From NCBI RefSeq assembly GCF_016592615.1, contig NZ_AP013043.1, positions 540,001 through 572,000 of the forward strand: 32,000 nucleotides of DNA, given 5' to 3'. Source of the DNA: Isorropodon fossajaponicum endosymbiont JTNG4. Its GTDB lineage: Bacteria; Pseudomonadota; Gammaproteobacteria; PS1; Pseudothioglobaceae. Below the pieces are notes generated by a model. That model searched no databases. It was not told the DNA's origin and saw nothing but the letters and a program-made list of their open reading frames with translations. The translations under genes were made by a program, and so were the position numbers. Below are positions 1 through 10,617 of this stretch, piece by piece (position 1 is the stretch's first letter; each line of letters opens with the position of its first letter).

Positions 1-605
1 AGCCTGTAACAGGGTCTTCATTAATGCCATATTTTGGCGCAAAACATCGGATAACAAAGTCAAAATCACATCCTTTTGCTGTGATAATAACCCCTCTTAA
101 ATCCAATTGACTTAATAAGGACATATCAGGTTTTGCATTTAGTATGCTTTGTTCATTATTCAAAAATAACAATATAGTCTTTAGATTTAAGACATGCAAT
201 AGGTGCTGTTGAAAATGTCTTTAGAATTTGTTTAGGTGTTGGAAATTGGGCTGGAAAATCCATTTCTAGCCATTCTTTATTTTTGACTACAGTTAGAAGT
301 GCCACTTTTTGATGAAAATTGTATTTTATGTGGTTTATATTCAAGAATATTAAACAACACAAATGCAGCAGCAAGTGTGGCATGACCACATAAATCAACT
401 TCACAAGTTGGGGTGAACCATCTAATTTTATAAGTTGATTCGCTTGGTACAAAAAACGCTGTTTCAGAGAGGTTGTTTTCACTTGCTATTGATTGCATGA
501 TATCATCAGGTAGCCATTTTTCAAGCGGGCAGACTGCCGCCCCAACAGGATTCCCTCAAATAGTTTGTTTGTAAAGGCATCAATTTGATAGATGGTTAAT
601 GCCAT
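1..605 (-). pseudogene. PhzF-family (YddE-like) isomerase, disrupted by about 3 frameshifts (or homopolymer sequencing errors); 3' end runs off the window
   Basis: Consecutive PhzF-like segments lie in different minus-strand frames: MALTIYQIDAFTNKLFEG (ATG at 605), then NPVGAAVCPLEKWLPDDIMQSIASENNLSETAFF..RWFTPTCEVDLCGHATLAAA (ORF 277..498), then LLTVVKNKEWLEMDFPAQFP (ORF 156..482), then RGVIITAKGCDFDFVIRCFAPKYGINEDPVTG (1..~160). Frame changes coincide with short homopolymers near 553-555, 306-310 and 162-166. Confidence 0.7.
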
Positions 606-621
606 ATTTTATGTTGATGAA

Positions 622-1917
622 TTAGTGATTTATTCGATATTTAGCTGATTGAGCATGCGCCTGCAATCCCTCACCATCCGCCAAGATGGCAGCCACTTCG
701 CCCAGTGTATTTGCACCTTGGTGTGATACCATAATCAAACTTGATTTTTTTTGAAAATCATACACACCCAAAGGGGACGAAAAACGTGCTGTACCTGATG
801 TGGGTAGTACGTGATTTGGCCCTGCACAATAATCCCCTAATGATTCACAAGTGTAACGACCCATAAAAATTGCGCCTGCGTGTTTAATGCCATCTAACAT
901 GGCTTGTGGATCTTCAACAGACAACTCTAAATGTTCAGGTGCAATTTGGTTAGATAAAGCAATGGCTTCATTCATATCTTTGGTGTGAATGAGTGCACCA
1001 CGGTCTTTAAGTGCGGTTTTAATGATGGCTTTTCTATCCATAGCAGGCAATAGCTTTTTAATGCTTGCTTCAACCTGGTTAATAAAGCCAGTGTCTGGGC
1101 ATAGCAAGATTGATTGTGCGTCTTCATCGTGTTCTGCTTGAGAAAATAAATCCATGGCAATCCAGTCAGGATTGGTTTTTCCATCACAAATAATTAAAAT
1201 CTCACTAGGACCAGCAATCATATCAATACCAACTTGGCCAAATACTGCACGCTTGGCTGTTGCCACATAAATATTACCAGGACCTACAATTTTATCTACT
1301 TTTAGTATGGTTTGTGTGCCATAGGCAAGGGCTGCTATTGCTTGTGCGCCACCCACTGTAAATACTTGAGTGATGCCTGCAATGTATGCAGCCGCTAATA
1401 CCAATGGATTGCTGATGCCATTGGGCGTTGGTACAACCATAATCAAAGACTCTACACCAGCAACTTTAGCTGGAATAGCATTCATTAAAACAGAGGAAGG
1501 ATAAGCTGCCTTGCCACCAGGAACATACAAACCGACGCGATCAAGTGGTGTGATTTTTTGTCCTAACATCGTGCCATCATCTTCTGTATAGGTCCAAGTG
1601 CTTTGCTTTTGCTTTTCGTGGTAAAGGCGTACGCGGTCTGCTGCTATGGTTAGTGCGGATTTTTGCTTTTCATTAAGAGTGTCAAATGCTTGTTTAAGCG
1701 CAGGCAGTTTAATGGTTAAATCTTTCATGCTAGAGACATTGACACCATCAAATTTATTTGTGTAATCAATTAAAGCGCGATCGCCACTATTACGAACATT
1801 AGTAATAATATCATCAACCGTTTGGGCAACCTCTTTGTTAGAAACCTTATCCCATGCAAGCAATGAAGCAAGTTTTTCTTGAAAATCAGATTGTGTAGAG
1901 GTTAATTTAGTAATCAC
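622..1917 (-). CDS. hisD: histidinol dehydrogenase
   Basis: 431 aa ORF with HisD hallmarks ([40 protein letters not shown]). GTGA start/stop overlap with upstream hisG. Confidence 0.95.
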   Translation of the reverse strand: MITKLTSTQSDFQEKLASLLAWDKVSNKEVAQTVDDIITNVRNSGDRALIDYTNKFDGVNVSSMKDLTIKLPALKQAFDTLNEKQKSALTIAADRVRLYHEKQKQSTWTYTEDDGTMLGQKITPLDRVGLYVPGGKAAYPSSVLMNAIPAKVAGVESLIMVVPTPNGISNPLVLAAAYIAGITQVFTVGGAQAIAALAYGTQTILKVDKIVGPGNIYVATAKRAVFGQVGIDMIAGPSEILIICDGKTNPDWIAMDLFSQAEHDEDAQSILLCPDTGFINQVEASIKKLLPAMDRKAIIKTALKDRGALIHTKDMNEAIALSNQIAPEHLELSVEDPQAMLDGIKHAGAIFMGRYTCESLGDYCAGPNHVLPTSGTARFSSPLGVYDFQKKSSLIMVSHQGANTLGEVAAILADGEGLQAHAQSAKYRINH

Positions 1918-2531
1918 AAGTTGTGCCTAATATTTTCAATCCAAGACTTAATTTGTGTATTTTTGGTTTTAAATGAGGCGGTATTTACTATCAAGCGCGA
2001 GCTAATTTCTTCAATGTGCTCAAGCGGAATAAGGCCATTGGCTTTTAAGGTATTGCCAGTATCGACCAAGTCAACAATACAGTGCGCTAAGCCAACCTTA
2101 GGTGCTAATTCCATTGCACCATAAAGTTTGATTATTTCACAAGACTGACCTTTGTTTTTAAAATAACGTTTGGCTGAATTGACATATTTAGTGGCTATTT
2201 TAAGTGTGTTCTGCTTAAGTTTATCTTTTGACTCGGCAGCCACCATCAATTTGCATTTAGCAATGCCTAAATCCAGTACTTCGAATAAATTATTAGCGCC
2301 ATGCTCAAGTAAGACGTCTTTACCAGCAATACCCATATCGGCAGCACCGTGTTGTACAAATACAGGCACGTCAGTTGCGCGAATGATAATAACCTGAACG
2401 TCAGCAAGATTGGTATCAAGAATTAATTTACGTGAATTTAGTTCTTTTTTAGCAATAGTTAAGCCTGATTTTTCAAGTAAAGGCAGTGTTTGTTCTAAAA
2501 TTCTACCTTTGGATAATGCAATCGTTAGCAT
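1914..2531 (-). CDS. hisG: ATP phosphoribosyltransferase, short form (HisG-S)
   Basis: 205 aa ORF ([38 protein letters not shown]). The length fits the short form that works with HisZ. Operonic with hisD. Confidence 0.93.
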   Translation of the reverse strand: MLTIALSKGRILEQTLPLLEKSGLTIAKKELNSRKLILDTNLADVQVIIIRATDVPVFVQHGAADMGIAGKDVLLEHGANNLFEVLDLGIAKCKLMVAAESKDKLKQNTLKIATKYVNSAKRYFKNKGQSCEIIKLYGAMELAPKVGLAHCIVDLVDTGNTLKANGLIPLEHIEEISSRLIVNTASFKTKNTQIKSWIENIRHNL

Positions 2532-2537
2532 AAGTTT

Positions 2538-3797
2538 TTAATCCTGTACGCGTTCAATTTGAGCGCCTAATAGTTTTAATTTTTCCTCAATGGTTTCATA
2601 GCCGCGATCTAGGTGATAAACACGTTCAATCGTTGTGGTACCTGTTGCTGCTAGTCCTGCCAATACTAAGGATGCTGAAGCTCTCAAGTCAGTTGCCATT
2701 AAATGTGCACCCGTCAAAGATTTTACTCCTTTGCAAACAACGGTGTTGCCTTCTAAAGCGAGGCTTGCGCCCATGCGTGATAATTCAGGAACGTGCATAA
2801 ACCTATTTTCAAAAATGGTTTCAGTAATGGTGCTATGTCCATCAGAAATGGCGTTGAGCGCTGTAAATTGTGCTTGCATGTCTGTGGGGAAGTTTGGATA
2901 GGTGCTGGTTTTGATATTAACAGCTTTAGGTCGTTTTCCTTGCATATCAAGTGTGATTGAATTTTTTTCAGTTTTAATATCTGCACCGGTTTCAAGTAAT
3001 TTTGCAAGAATGGCGCGCATTGATTGATAACGCACATTTTTAATAGTAATTTTACCACCTGTGATGGCCGCAGCAACAAGATAAGTGCCTGCTTCAATCC
3101 GATCAGGACAAACTGCATAAGTCACGCCTGATAATTCATCAACCCCTTCAATGGTGATAATTGATGTGCCAGCACCAGAAATTTTAGCACCCATTTTAAT
3201 TAAGCAATTAACCAAATCTACAATTTCAGGCTCTTGTGCGGCATTATAAATGGTAGTTGTGCCTGTTGCCAAGGTTGCTGCCATGATGATGTTTTCAGTG
3301 GCAGTCACTGAAATTTGGTCAAAATGTATTTCAGTGCCAATGAGTTTTTTAGCTGTGGCGTAAATATAGCCGTTTTCAACCTTAATAAAAGCACCCAAAT
3401 CTTCTAATGCCTTTAAGTGTAAATTAACAGGGCGTGAGCCAATTGCACAGCCACCAGGTAGGGATATTTTTGCTTGACCATATTTAGCGAGCATTGGTCC
3501 GAGTGCTAAAATTGAGGCACGCATGGTTTTAACCAAATTATACTGAGCAACCAAGTTGGTTAACTTTGAGCTATCTACAAACAAAGAATTGTCTGATTCT
3601 AGTATAAATTCTGCACCCATGTCCATTAACAACCTAAGTGTGGTTGAAACATCGCTTAAATGTGGTGTATTGGTTAAAGTAATGGGGCCATTGGCCAATA
3701 TTGAGGCAAATAAAATGGGTAAAGATGAGTTTTTTGACCCTGCAGCTTTAACATGGCCGTTTAGAGCAATACCACCATTAATAATAAGCTTATACAT
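2538..3797 (-). CDS. murA: UDP-N-acetylglucosamine 1-carboxyvinyltransferase
   Basis: 419 aa ORF. Shows GSKNSSLPILFASIL, the active-site Cys context LPGGCAIGSRPVNLHL and C-terminal YHLDRGYE. Confidence 0.95.
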   Translation of the reverse strand: MYKLIINGGIALNGHVKAAGSKNSSLPILFASILANGPITLTNTPHLSDVSTTLRLLMDMGAEFILESDNSLFVDSSKLTNLVAQYNLVKTMRASILALGPMLAKYGQAKISLPGGCAIGSRPVNLHLKALEDLGAFIKVENGYIYATAKKLIGTEIHFDQISVTATENIIMAATLATGTTTIYNAAQEPEIVDLVNCLIKMGAKISGAGTSIITIEGVDELSGVTYAVCPDRIEAGTYLVAAAITGGKITIKNVRYQSMRAILAKLLETGADIKTEKNSITLDMQGKRPKAVNIKTSTYPNFPTDMQAQFTALNAISDGHSTITETIFENRFMHVPELSRMGASLALEGNTVVCKGVKSLTGAHLMATDLRASASLVLAGLAATGTTTIERVYHLDRGYETIEEKLKLLGAQIERVQD

Positions 3798-4447
3798 TAT
3801 TTAGACAATCTTTCAAGTTTCTTTTTTGACTTTAAAATCAAGCTATCAATGCCCTTACGTCTAATATATGAGTTAAATTGGGCGCGATAATTTTTAACAA
3901 TACTGACGCCAGAAAACACGATGTCGTATACATACCAAGTGTTAAGACGTATCATTTTTAGAGAAATAATACTGGGCTTTGGGTCATCGTTAATGCTAAT
4001 AACTAATCTTACAATAGCTTTATCACCTTTACGCTTAACGTCAGGATCTACTGAGATGTGAACGCTGTCAAGTTTGTCATAACTGGATAAAATCCCCACA
4101 TAATCTTGAATTAAAGATTCTGAAATATAGTATTGAAAGAACTGTTTTTGTTGGATGTTCAGGCCATCCCAATGCTTGCTTAATGCAATTTTAGTGGATA
4201 CGCCTATGGCGATATTAGGTAGAAGCTTTAGTCGAACCAAGGCTTCAATATTTTGCTTAGTGGCTTTTTTTTGTTTTTTTAATTCTTTTAAAGAGTTTAA
4301 GGCACTAACCATAATATTAAGTGCAGCTGAATTAGGCGGGTCAATAATATCCACAATCGCTTGATGAGTTGCATTTGGCATTTTGTCTATTGCTAAAGCA
4401 GAGTTTATAGGCAAAATAGATAATATAATGAGTAGTATTTTAATCAC
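3797..4447 (-). CDS. mlaC: MlaC/Ttg2D-family periplasmic phospholipid-binding protein
   Basis: 216 aa with a signal peptide (MIKILLIILSILPINSALA). Family-like core (ALSKHWDGLNIQQKQFFQYYISESLIQDYV .. WYVYDIVFSGVSIVKNYRAQFNSYI). Its stop overlaps the murA start (TAATG). Confidence 0.75.
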   Translation of the reverse strand: MIKILLIILSILPINSALAIDKMPNATHQAIVDIIDPPNSAALNIMVSALNSLKELKKQKKATKQNIEALVRLKLLPNIAIGVSTKIALSKHWDGLNIQQKQFFQYYISESLIQDYVGILSSYDKLDSVHISVDPDVKRKGDKAIVRLVISINDDPKPSIISLKMIRLNTWYVYDIVFSGVSIVKNYRAQFNSYIRRKGIDSLILKSKKKLERLSK

Positions 4448-4509
4448 AATTTTTAAAAAAAGAAATCAAATTAAATCAAATTTTACCTTTGTAAGTGTTT
4501 TTTGTATAG

Positions 4510-6294
4510 ATGCTAATTAAAGAAAAGCTAAAGAATTTAACCACCCATCCTGGCGTTTATCAAATGTTTGATAAACAAGACCGGGTGATTTATGTGGGCA
4601 AGGCTAAAAATCTAAAAAATAGAGTGTCAAGCTACTTTGTTAAAACACATGAGCAGAATAAGACCAGAGTTTTAGTTGCCAACATTAAAGATTTTAGAGT
4701 AATCGTTACTGCAACGGAAACTCAGGCTTTGTTATTAGAATCTGAACTGATTAAGCAACACATGCCAAGATATAACATCTTGTTAAAGGATTCAAAAAGT
4801 TATCCTTATATCTTTATTAGTCATGACAAGCATCCTAGAGTGGGTTTTTATCGAGGTAAAAAACATCAGAGTGCTCAATATTTCGGTCCCTATCCTTCGG
4901 CTCATGTGGTTAGGGATTCACTCAATTTACTTAAAAAAATCTTTAAAGTTAGGCAATGCAGTAATAGCACCTACCGATCACGCTCCAGACCTTGTTTAGA
5001 ATATCAAATAGGACTATGTAGTGCACCTTGCGTTAGCAAAATTAGCGATGAAAATTATCAATCAGACGTGTTGATGATGTCTTTGTTTTTATCTGGTAAA
5101 GGCAGAGAAGCCCTAGAGAGAGTGTCAAAGAAAATGCAACTTGCCTCTCAAAATTTAGAGTTTGAATTGGCAGCGCGTTTACGCGACCAGTTGATTGATT
5201 TACGCACCATCCAAGAGCAACACACCTCAAGTGCTAGTAATGACTTAGATGTGGTTAGTATCGCCCAGCAAGATGGGGTAAGTGGTATTGAGGTGTTATT
5301 CATACGTTCTGGCAAGCAAATTGGACAAGTATTTATTTTGCCTAAAAACGCCAATAACCAAGACATTAAACAAGTTTTATCTTCTTTTTTGCCTTTATAT
5401 TATTTGGGTAAAAACAACCCAAAACAAATATTAATTAGCCATAAGTTGAGCGATAAAAAAACAATTGCCTCAGCTTTAAATACGCACATTATTGATACAC
5501 CAAATAAAGACAAAAAGCATTATCTTAATATTGCTAATTTAACCGCCAAGGAAAATCTTAATCAAAATTTATTATCAAGATTTAGAAAAAAATCAACACT
5601 TGTGCATTTGCAAGTTATTTTGGGATTAGGTAAATTGCCTAATTATATTGAATGCTTTGATATTAGCCATATGATGGGTGAGGCAACTGTTGCCTCGTGC
5701 GTGGTGTTTGAAAAAGGTATACTCAAAGTGAGTCAATATCGCCAGTTTGACATTAAAAATATTACCTCTGGTGATGATTATGCTGCAATGAACCAAGTTG
5801 TGTATCGGCGTTATTCTAAACTATTAAAAGATAAAAAGCCTTTACCAGACATTATCTTTATTGATGGCGGACTGGGGCAGCTCAATCAGGCTATTATGGT
5901 AATGAATTCAATCGGCGTGGATGATGTGCAATTGGTAGGTATTGCCAAGGGAGAGAATCGAAAAGCAGGGCTTGAAACTTTAATTATGGTTAAAGACGAC
6001 AAGGTTAATAAAATCAGTCTACCACCTTACGACCCTGCGCTTATGCTGGTCAACCACATTCGAGACGAATCACACCGTTTTGCGATTAAAAATCATCGAA
6101 AAAAACGTGCTTCAAGACGTACAACTTCAATACTAGAATCCATTACAGGTGTAGGAAAATTACGCAGAATAGCGCTACTTAATTATTTTGGTGGTTTGCA
6201 AGAAGTTAAAAAAGCATCGATTCATGAAATTCGAAAAGTCAGTGGTATTAATTTAGTATTAGCGACTAAAATAGTTGAAAAACTAAAGGGTTAA
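4510..6294 (+). CDS. uvrC: excinuclease ABC subunit C
   Basis: 594 aa. GIY-YIG N-terminus (PGVYQMFDKQDRVIYVGKAKNLKNRVSSYF), a UVR-type motif (ELAARLRDQLIDL), an endonuclease domain and a C-terminal HhH region. Confidence 0.95.
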   Translation: MLIKEKLKNLTTHPGVYQMFDKQDRVIYVGKAKNLKNRVSSYFVKTHEQNKTRVLVANIKDFRVIVTATETQALLLESELIKQHMPRYNILLKDSKSYPYIFISHDKHPRVGFYRGKKHQSAQYFGPYPSAHVVRDSLNLLKKIFKVRQCSNSTYRSRSRPCLEYQIGLCSAPCVSKISDENYQSDVLMMSLFLSGKGREALERVSKKMQLASQNLEFELAARLRDQLIDLRTIQEQHTSSASNDLDVVSIAQQDGVSGIEVLFIRSGKQIGQVFILPKNANNQDIKQVLSSFLPLYYLGKNNPKQILISHKLSDKKTIASALNTHIIDTPNKDKKHYLNIANLTAKENLNQNLLSRFRKKSTLVHLQVILGLGKLPNYIECFDISHMMGEATVASCVVFEKGILKVSQYRQFDIKNITSGDDYAAMNQVVYRRYSKLLKDKKPLPDIIFIDGGLGQLNQAIMVMNSIGVDDVQLVGIAKGENRKAGLETLIMVKDDKVNKISLPPYDPALMLVNHIRDESHRFAIKNHRKKRASRRTTSILESITGVGKLRRIALLNYFGGLQEVKKASIHEIRKVSGINLVLATKIVEKLKG

Positions 6295-6295
6295 C

Positions 6296-6472
6296 ATGTT
6301 TATTAGAATACTAATTATTGCTTTTGTTATTGGCTATTTTGTGTGGTGGATTAACAATCGTGTTTTGGGCAAAAATTTAAAAATAGCCAGAGTGATTGCT
6401 GCTACACTTGTAGTTACAAGCGTTGTCTACTTGCTTTTAGGTAGTTTGTCATATTTAATTGAAGGGGTTTAA
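6296..6472 (+). CDS. small hydrophobic protein (58 aa, two predicted TM segments), unknown function
   Basis: ATG lies 1 nt after the uvrC stop. MFIRILIIAFVIGYFVWWINN...IAATLVVTSVVYLLLGSLSYLIEGV. It is below the ORF-track length cutoff, and no homology was recognised. Confidence 0.35.
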   Translation: MFIRILIIAFVIGYFVWWINNRVLGKNLKIARVIAATLVVTSVVYLLLGSLSYLIEGV

Positions 6473-6602
6473 AGATATAATAATTTGAATTTTTGTTATC
6501 TAAAAAAAGCAAATATTAAGTCGCTCAAATTGTTTTTTATTGGTAACATCCCAGCTTTTGGCATGACACTAAAAATAGTTATTCTTTAAAATGTTGCATT
6601 TT

Positions 6603-7223
6603 TTAATTTTTTTTTGATAAAACTAACGTATTAAGATGCCTAGTTTTATTAATCACTTTATTTGGCGCATTAACTAAAATTGACAAGTTGGATGCTTCCC
6701 AAACGGGTAAATCACGTAGATGGTCGCCCATGTAATCGAAACCCTTATCGCCAAAGCGTTCGATTAGTTTTTCTGCTTTATTATGTGAAGATAGATTAAA
6801 GTTTTTGTTGCTTGCCATAACATCATCAAATAAATCAATTTTTTTAACGGTTGTTTGTTGGCTATTGTGAGTAAAAAAATCAAAATCTTGCTGCTTATTT
6901 TTTGCCTGAGTTTTTTCTATTTTAAGATAGTTGCTAACGGCAAAAGCGTATAGCTTATGTGAAGCGGTAGCAAGGATGATTTTGTCACCTTGTTTTTTAC
7001 GTTTTTTGATATAGTCAATAACGTCTTGATTGTAAGGCAAGGTACTGACATCAATAGAAAATCGCTTGGTTAATTGTTCTTTTAAATAGCCTTTTCCACG
7101 TAAGAACCAAAAAGGATAAATAAAAATAAGCAGTGGATTTTTTTTTAATGCACCCGTTGAAGACTCATACAATAAATCTGTATTAATTAATGTATGGTCC
7201 AAGTCAACGATGAGTGGTGTCAT
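6603..7223 (-). CDS. HAD-superfamily hydrolase
   Basis: DxDxT motif at the N-terminus (MTPLIVDLDHTLINTD), a later LATAS motif and GDHLRDLP. I prefer ATG 7223 to the track start 7238, because GGAGG lies 8 nt upstream and it makes an ATGA overlap with the upstream ABC-F stop. Confidence 0.7.
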   Translation of the reverse strand: MTPLIVDLDHTLINTDLLYESSTGALKKNPLLIFIYPFWFLRGKGYLKEQLTKRFSIDVSTLPYNQDVIDYIKKRKKQGDKIILATASHKLYAFAVSNYLKIEKTQAKNKQQDFDFFTHNSQQTTVKKIDLFDDVMASNKNFNLSSHNKAEKLIERFGDKGFDYMGDHLRDLPVWEASNLSILVNAPNKVINKTRHLNTLVLSKKN

Positions 7224-9067
7224 TCTAAGGCCTCCCATTTTTCATAATATCTTTCAAGGTCAGCCTCTAATCCGGCAAGTATGATTAAGGCATCTTGAGA
7301 TTTTTCTTGTTGAAAAAACTCAGGGTCTGATAATTGTAATTGAATTTGGCTAATTTTTATTTCAATTTGCTCAATTTTTTTTGGCAAATCTTTAAGTATT
7401 TGCTGTTGTTTGTAACTTAATTTTTTAGTGTTTGCTGTTGGTTTTTTAGTTGTTTTAACTTTGGGCTTGTCTTCTTGCTGGTCTAATTTGTCTTGTTTTT
7501 GAATCAGATAATCATCATAACCACCAGCGTATTGATTGATAACGCCATCGCCATCCATAACGACTGTAGAACCAACAACATTATTTAAAAAAGTCCTATC
7601 ATGTGAGATTAAAATTAAAGTACCTCTATAATCTACTAACATTTCTTCTAACAATTCAAGCGTTTCAACATCAAGGTCATTAGTTGGCTCATCAAGCACC
7701 AATAAATTGGCAGGTTGGGATAAGATTTTAGCCAACATGAGACAATTTTTTTCACCACCAGAAAACATTCTAATCGGTGCTATAGCTTGCTTTCCAGTAA
7801 ATAAAAATTGACGCAGATAGCCAATAATGTGCCTACTCTTTCCACCAATATCAATACGCTCACGACCTCCAGAGACAAAATCCATGGCTTTCATGTTAGG
7901 GTCAAGATGCTCACGCATTTGATCAAAGTAGGCTAGTTGAATGGTTTTAGAGCGACGAATAGAGCCACTGTTGGGTTGTAACTCATCAAGTAAAAGCCTG
8001 ATGAAGGTTGATTTTCCAGTGCCATTGCCGCCAATAATACCAATTTTCTCACCTTTGAGTATCAGCATAGAAAAATCTTTAATCAGAGTTAGACCAGCAA
8101 TTTGGTAATTAATTTTTTTGACTTCAAATACCAGTTTGGAGGCGCGGTTTTCACCATCCAATGCGTGAATTTTAACTTGGCTTTTTTTTGCACGGCGATT
8201 TATGAACGATTCACGCATAGATTGCAAGGCGCGAACGCGCCCTTCGTTGCGAGTTCGTCTGGCTTTAATACCTTGCCTAATCCAAGTCTCTTCTTGTGCA
8301 AGTTTTTTATCAAATCGTGCGTTGGCAATTTCTTCGGCGTGCAGTTGTTCCCATTTGCGTTTGACATAATCAATATAACCACAATCAAATACTGATAAAT
8401 TGCCACGATCAAGATCAAACACACGGTTAACAATGTCTTTAACAAATGAGCGATCATGACTAATAAGCACCAAAGTGCCATGATAATCTTTTAGCATACG
8501 CTCAAGGTCAAGGATGGCAGTAATATCCATGTGGTTAGTTGGCTCATCAAGCAATAACACATTTGGCTCTTGGATTAATGCTTGAGCTAGCATAACACGC
8601 CTTCTCCAACCACCAGAGAGTGTGGATAAAATTGTATCAGCATTGAGTGTAAAACGATTGAGTATGGCTTGAATTTTATGTAAATATGGCCAGCCATTTA
8701 ATTGATCAATTTTCTCTTGTACCTCACTAGCCTGTTCTAGTTTTCCATCACTAATTAAATGCTGGTATTGTTTGAGAATAATGCCAATTTCCCCCAAACC
8801 TTCTGCCACAATGTCAAATAGATTTTTGTTATTATCTTGTGGTAGTGTTTGTTCTAAATAACTAATTTTGGTGCCTTTTTTAATTTTTAATTTGCCATCA
8901 TCTGGTTCAATTGTACCGGCAAGAATGCGCATAAAAGTAGATTTCCCTTCACCATTTCTACCAATGAGTGCGATTTTATCGCCTTTATGAATGGTCGAAC
9001 TTACCTTATTTAGGATGGGTTTGTCAGAAAAACTAAGAGAAATATTGTCAAGCGTAATCAATGGCAT
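7220..9067 (-). CDS. uup: ABC-F family ATPase (Uup-like), two ABC domains plus C-terminal coiled coil
   Basis: 615 aa. Walker A appears twice (GRNGEGKST, GGNGTGKST), the signature twice (LSGGWRRR, FSGGEKNC) and Walker B twice (LLLDEPTNHMD, LVLDEPTNDLD). There are no TM segments, and the tail is K/Q-rich and helical. Confidence 0.88.
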   Translation of the reverse strand: MPLITLDNISLSFSDKPILNKVSSTIHKGDKIALIGRNGEGKSTFMRILAGTIEPDDGKLKIKKGTKISYLEQTLPQDNNKNLFDIVAEGLGEIGIILKQYQHLISDGKLEQASEVQEKIDQLNGWPYLHKIQAILNRFTLNADTILSTLSGGWRRRVMLAQALIQEPNVLLLDEPTNHMDITAILDLERMLKDYHGTLVLISHDRSFVKDIVNRVFDLDRGNLSVFDCGYIDYVKRKWEQLHAEEIANARFDKKLAQEETWIRQGIKARRTRNEGRVRALQSMRESFINRRAKKSQVKIHALDGENRASKLVFEVKKINYQIAGLTLIKDFSMLILKGEKIGIIGGNGTGKSTFIRLLLDELQPNSGSIRRSKTIQLAYFDQMREHLDPNMKAMDFVSGGRERIDIGGKSRHIIGYLRQFLFTGKQAIAPIRMFSGGEKNCLMLAKILSQPANLLVLDEPTNDLDVETLELLEEMLVDYRGTLILISHDRTFLNNVVGSTVVMDGDGVINQYAGGYDDYLIQKQDKLDQQEDKPKVKTTKKPTANTKKLSYKQQQILKDLPKKIEQIEIKISQIQLQLSDPEFFQQEKSQDALIILAGLEADLERYYEKWEALE

Positions 9068-9102
9068 GGGTTAAAATTATTTTTTTTAAACAAAATTTTA
9101 TT

Positions 9103-9540
9103 GTGCGCTATTTTATTCAATTTTTGTTACTATTAGAACTTATTAATCCTGCCTATGCTGAGAGTATTGAAGCTAAAAGCTTTGTTAATAATCAGCAACA
9201 ACGTTATCAGACGTTAATTAACGAAATTCGCTGTCCAGTTTGTCAAGGTCAAAGCATTGGTGGCTCAAATGCAGGACTGGCTAAAGATTTACGTGAAAAA
9301 GTCAGAGAGTTAATATTAAATCAAAATACCGATGATGATATTCGTAAATTTATGACGGATCGATATGGTGATTTTATCGTGTTTAAACCGCCAGTTAACA
9401 AAAGCACTTATTTATTATGGTTTGCGCCTTTTGTATTTTTGGCTTTAGGCTTGTTCTTTTTAGTGCGCTCTTTGTCGGCTAAAAAGTCTAGTGTTAAAAG
9501 CACTGTGGACACAACCAAGGCTAAAGATTTATTAAAATGA
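9103..9540 (+). CDS. ccmH: cytochrome c-type biogenesis protein CcmH/NrfF family
   Basis: IRCPVCQGQSIGGSNAGLAKDLREKV...RYGDFIVFKPP followed by a TM segment. The track start 9061 would overlap the divergent uup start codon. GTG 9103 gives a normal signal peptide (VRYFIQFLLLLELINPAYA), but the start remains uncertain. Confidence 0.75.
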   Translation: MRYFIQFLLLLELINPAYAESIEAKSFVNNQQQRYQTLINEIRCPVCQGQSIGGSNAGLAKDLREKVRELILNQNTDDDIRKFMTDRYGDFIVFKPPVNKSTYLLWFAPFVFLALGLFFLVRSLSAKKSSVKSTVDTTKAKDLLK

Positions 9541-9950
9541 GTCAGCAGCAATTATTTATTAAAACCCACCAACGTGGCGCTGTTGAAATTACACAAAAAG
9601 TGAATGATATTATTGTTATACAAGGTCATTTAGTTGAGTTATGCCATGTGTTTGTTGCTCACAGTTCAGCATCACTCATGATTACTGGCAGTGGCAGTGA
9701 AGATTCAGATATATTGTTGGATGTTGAAGATTATTTGCAAAAAATAGTGTTGGATGCAAACCCTAAATATCGACATAACAACGAAGATGATTTTGACATG
9801 TCAGGGCATATTCGCACAATTTTGACTGGTGAAGCTAAAACCGTTCCTATTATTGATAATAAATTGGGTTTGGGGCAATTTCAAGGGTTGTTTTTATACG
9901 AACATCGAGCCGGTGAAAATACCAGAAAATTGATTATAACGCTATCGTGA
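9537..9950 (+). CDS. yjbQ: YjbQ/UPF0047 family protein (secondary thiamine-phosphate synthase-like)
   Basis: 137 aa. Family-like pattern AHSSASLMITGSGSEDSDILLDVEDYL...GHIRTILTGEAKTVPIIDNKLGLGQFQGLFLYEHR. ATGA overlap with ccmH. Confidence 0.75.
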   Translation: MSQQQLFIKTHQRGAVEITQKVNDIIVIQGHLVELCHVFVAHSSASLMITGSGSEDSDILLDVEDYLQKIVLDANPKYRHNNEDDFDMSGHIRTILTGEAKTVPIIDNKLGLGQFQGLFLYEHRAGENTRKLIITLS

Positions 9951-10609
9951 ATAGAAAAACTGAACTAAGTGATTTAATCATTAAAGCTTATGCACATCAA
10001 AAAAATGGTGAATCATCAAGGGCAATTACAGTTTGGAATAGTTTGCTCAATCATCAAGCTACTGATAAAGATTTAAAAGCCAATGCGCATTTAAACTTAG
10101 GTCATTTGCATCAATTAGAAGGTAGTGATGAGCTGGCGATTCAGAGCATGTCAAGTGCTATTAAAGCCAATCTAAATAGTTCAGAGGCGTATTATTGCTT
10201 GGCTTATATGGCACAAGAAAAGCAATCTTTTGAAAAGGCTGTTGAATATTTTGAAAAGGCTTTGACACTTAATAATACTGACAGTGGTGCTTATAATAAT
10301 TTAGGCAATTGTTATGACCAACTCAACCAAACAGTCAAGGCAATTAGTGCTTGTACACAAGCCATTGCCATTGACAATCAATACATTGCTGCCATTTATA
10401 ATCGTGGTAATATTTATATGAAAACCAATGAGCGTCAATTGGCTTTAAAAGATTTAACTTTGGTACTTGAATTAGATTCAAATTTTTATCAAACCTATTA
10501 TAATCGTGGCACTTTATTAGCCCAATTGGGGTGTTTGGAGCAATCCAAGCAAGATTTGACCAAAGCAAAGGCATTGGTACAAACAGAACTAGAACAAAAA
10601 ACACATTAA
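9947..10609 (+). CDS. tetratricopeptide (TPR) repeat protein
   Basis: 220 aa with repeated 34-aa TPR-type units ([74 protein letters not shown]...). Confidence 0.8.
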   Translation: MNRKTELSDLIIKAYAHQKNGESSRAITVWNSLLNHQATDKDLKANAHLNLGHLHQLEGSDELAIQSMSSAIKANLNSSEAYYCLAYMAQEKQSFEKAVEYFEKALTLNNTDSGAYNNLGNCYDQLNQTVKAISACTQAIAIDNQYIAAIYNRGNIYMKTNERQLALKDLTLVLELDSNFYQTYYNRGTLLAQLGCLEQSKQDLTKAKALVQTELEQKTH

Positions 10610-10617
10610 GGGGCCTG

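Noticed and set aside
6573-6615. AAAATG-TTG-CATTTT hairpin plus T-run as the terminator after the uvrC/small ORF
   Set aside because: The stem is only 6 AT-rich base pairs with a 3-nt loop, and the T-run overlaps the stop region of the convergent HAD gene. It is too weak to call.
9061-9102. ccmH start at ATG 9061
   Set aside because: It would overlap the start codon of the divergent uup gene (9067) and add a non-signal-like extension. GTG 9103 yields a normal signal peptide, though the start is still uncertain.
10531-10617. Long N-terminal extension of lysS from the track start at 10531
   Set aside because: It overlaps the TPR gene by 79 nt and the extension does not look like LysS. GTG 10618 has an SD and gives the usual ~497 aa length.
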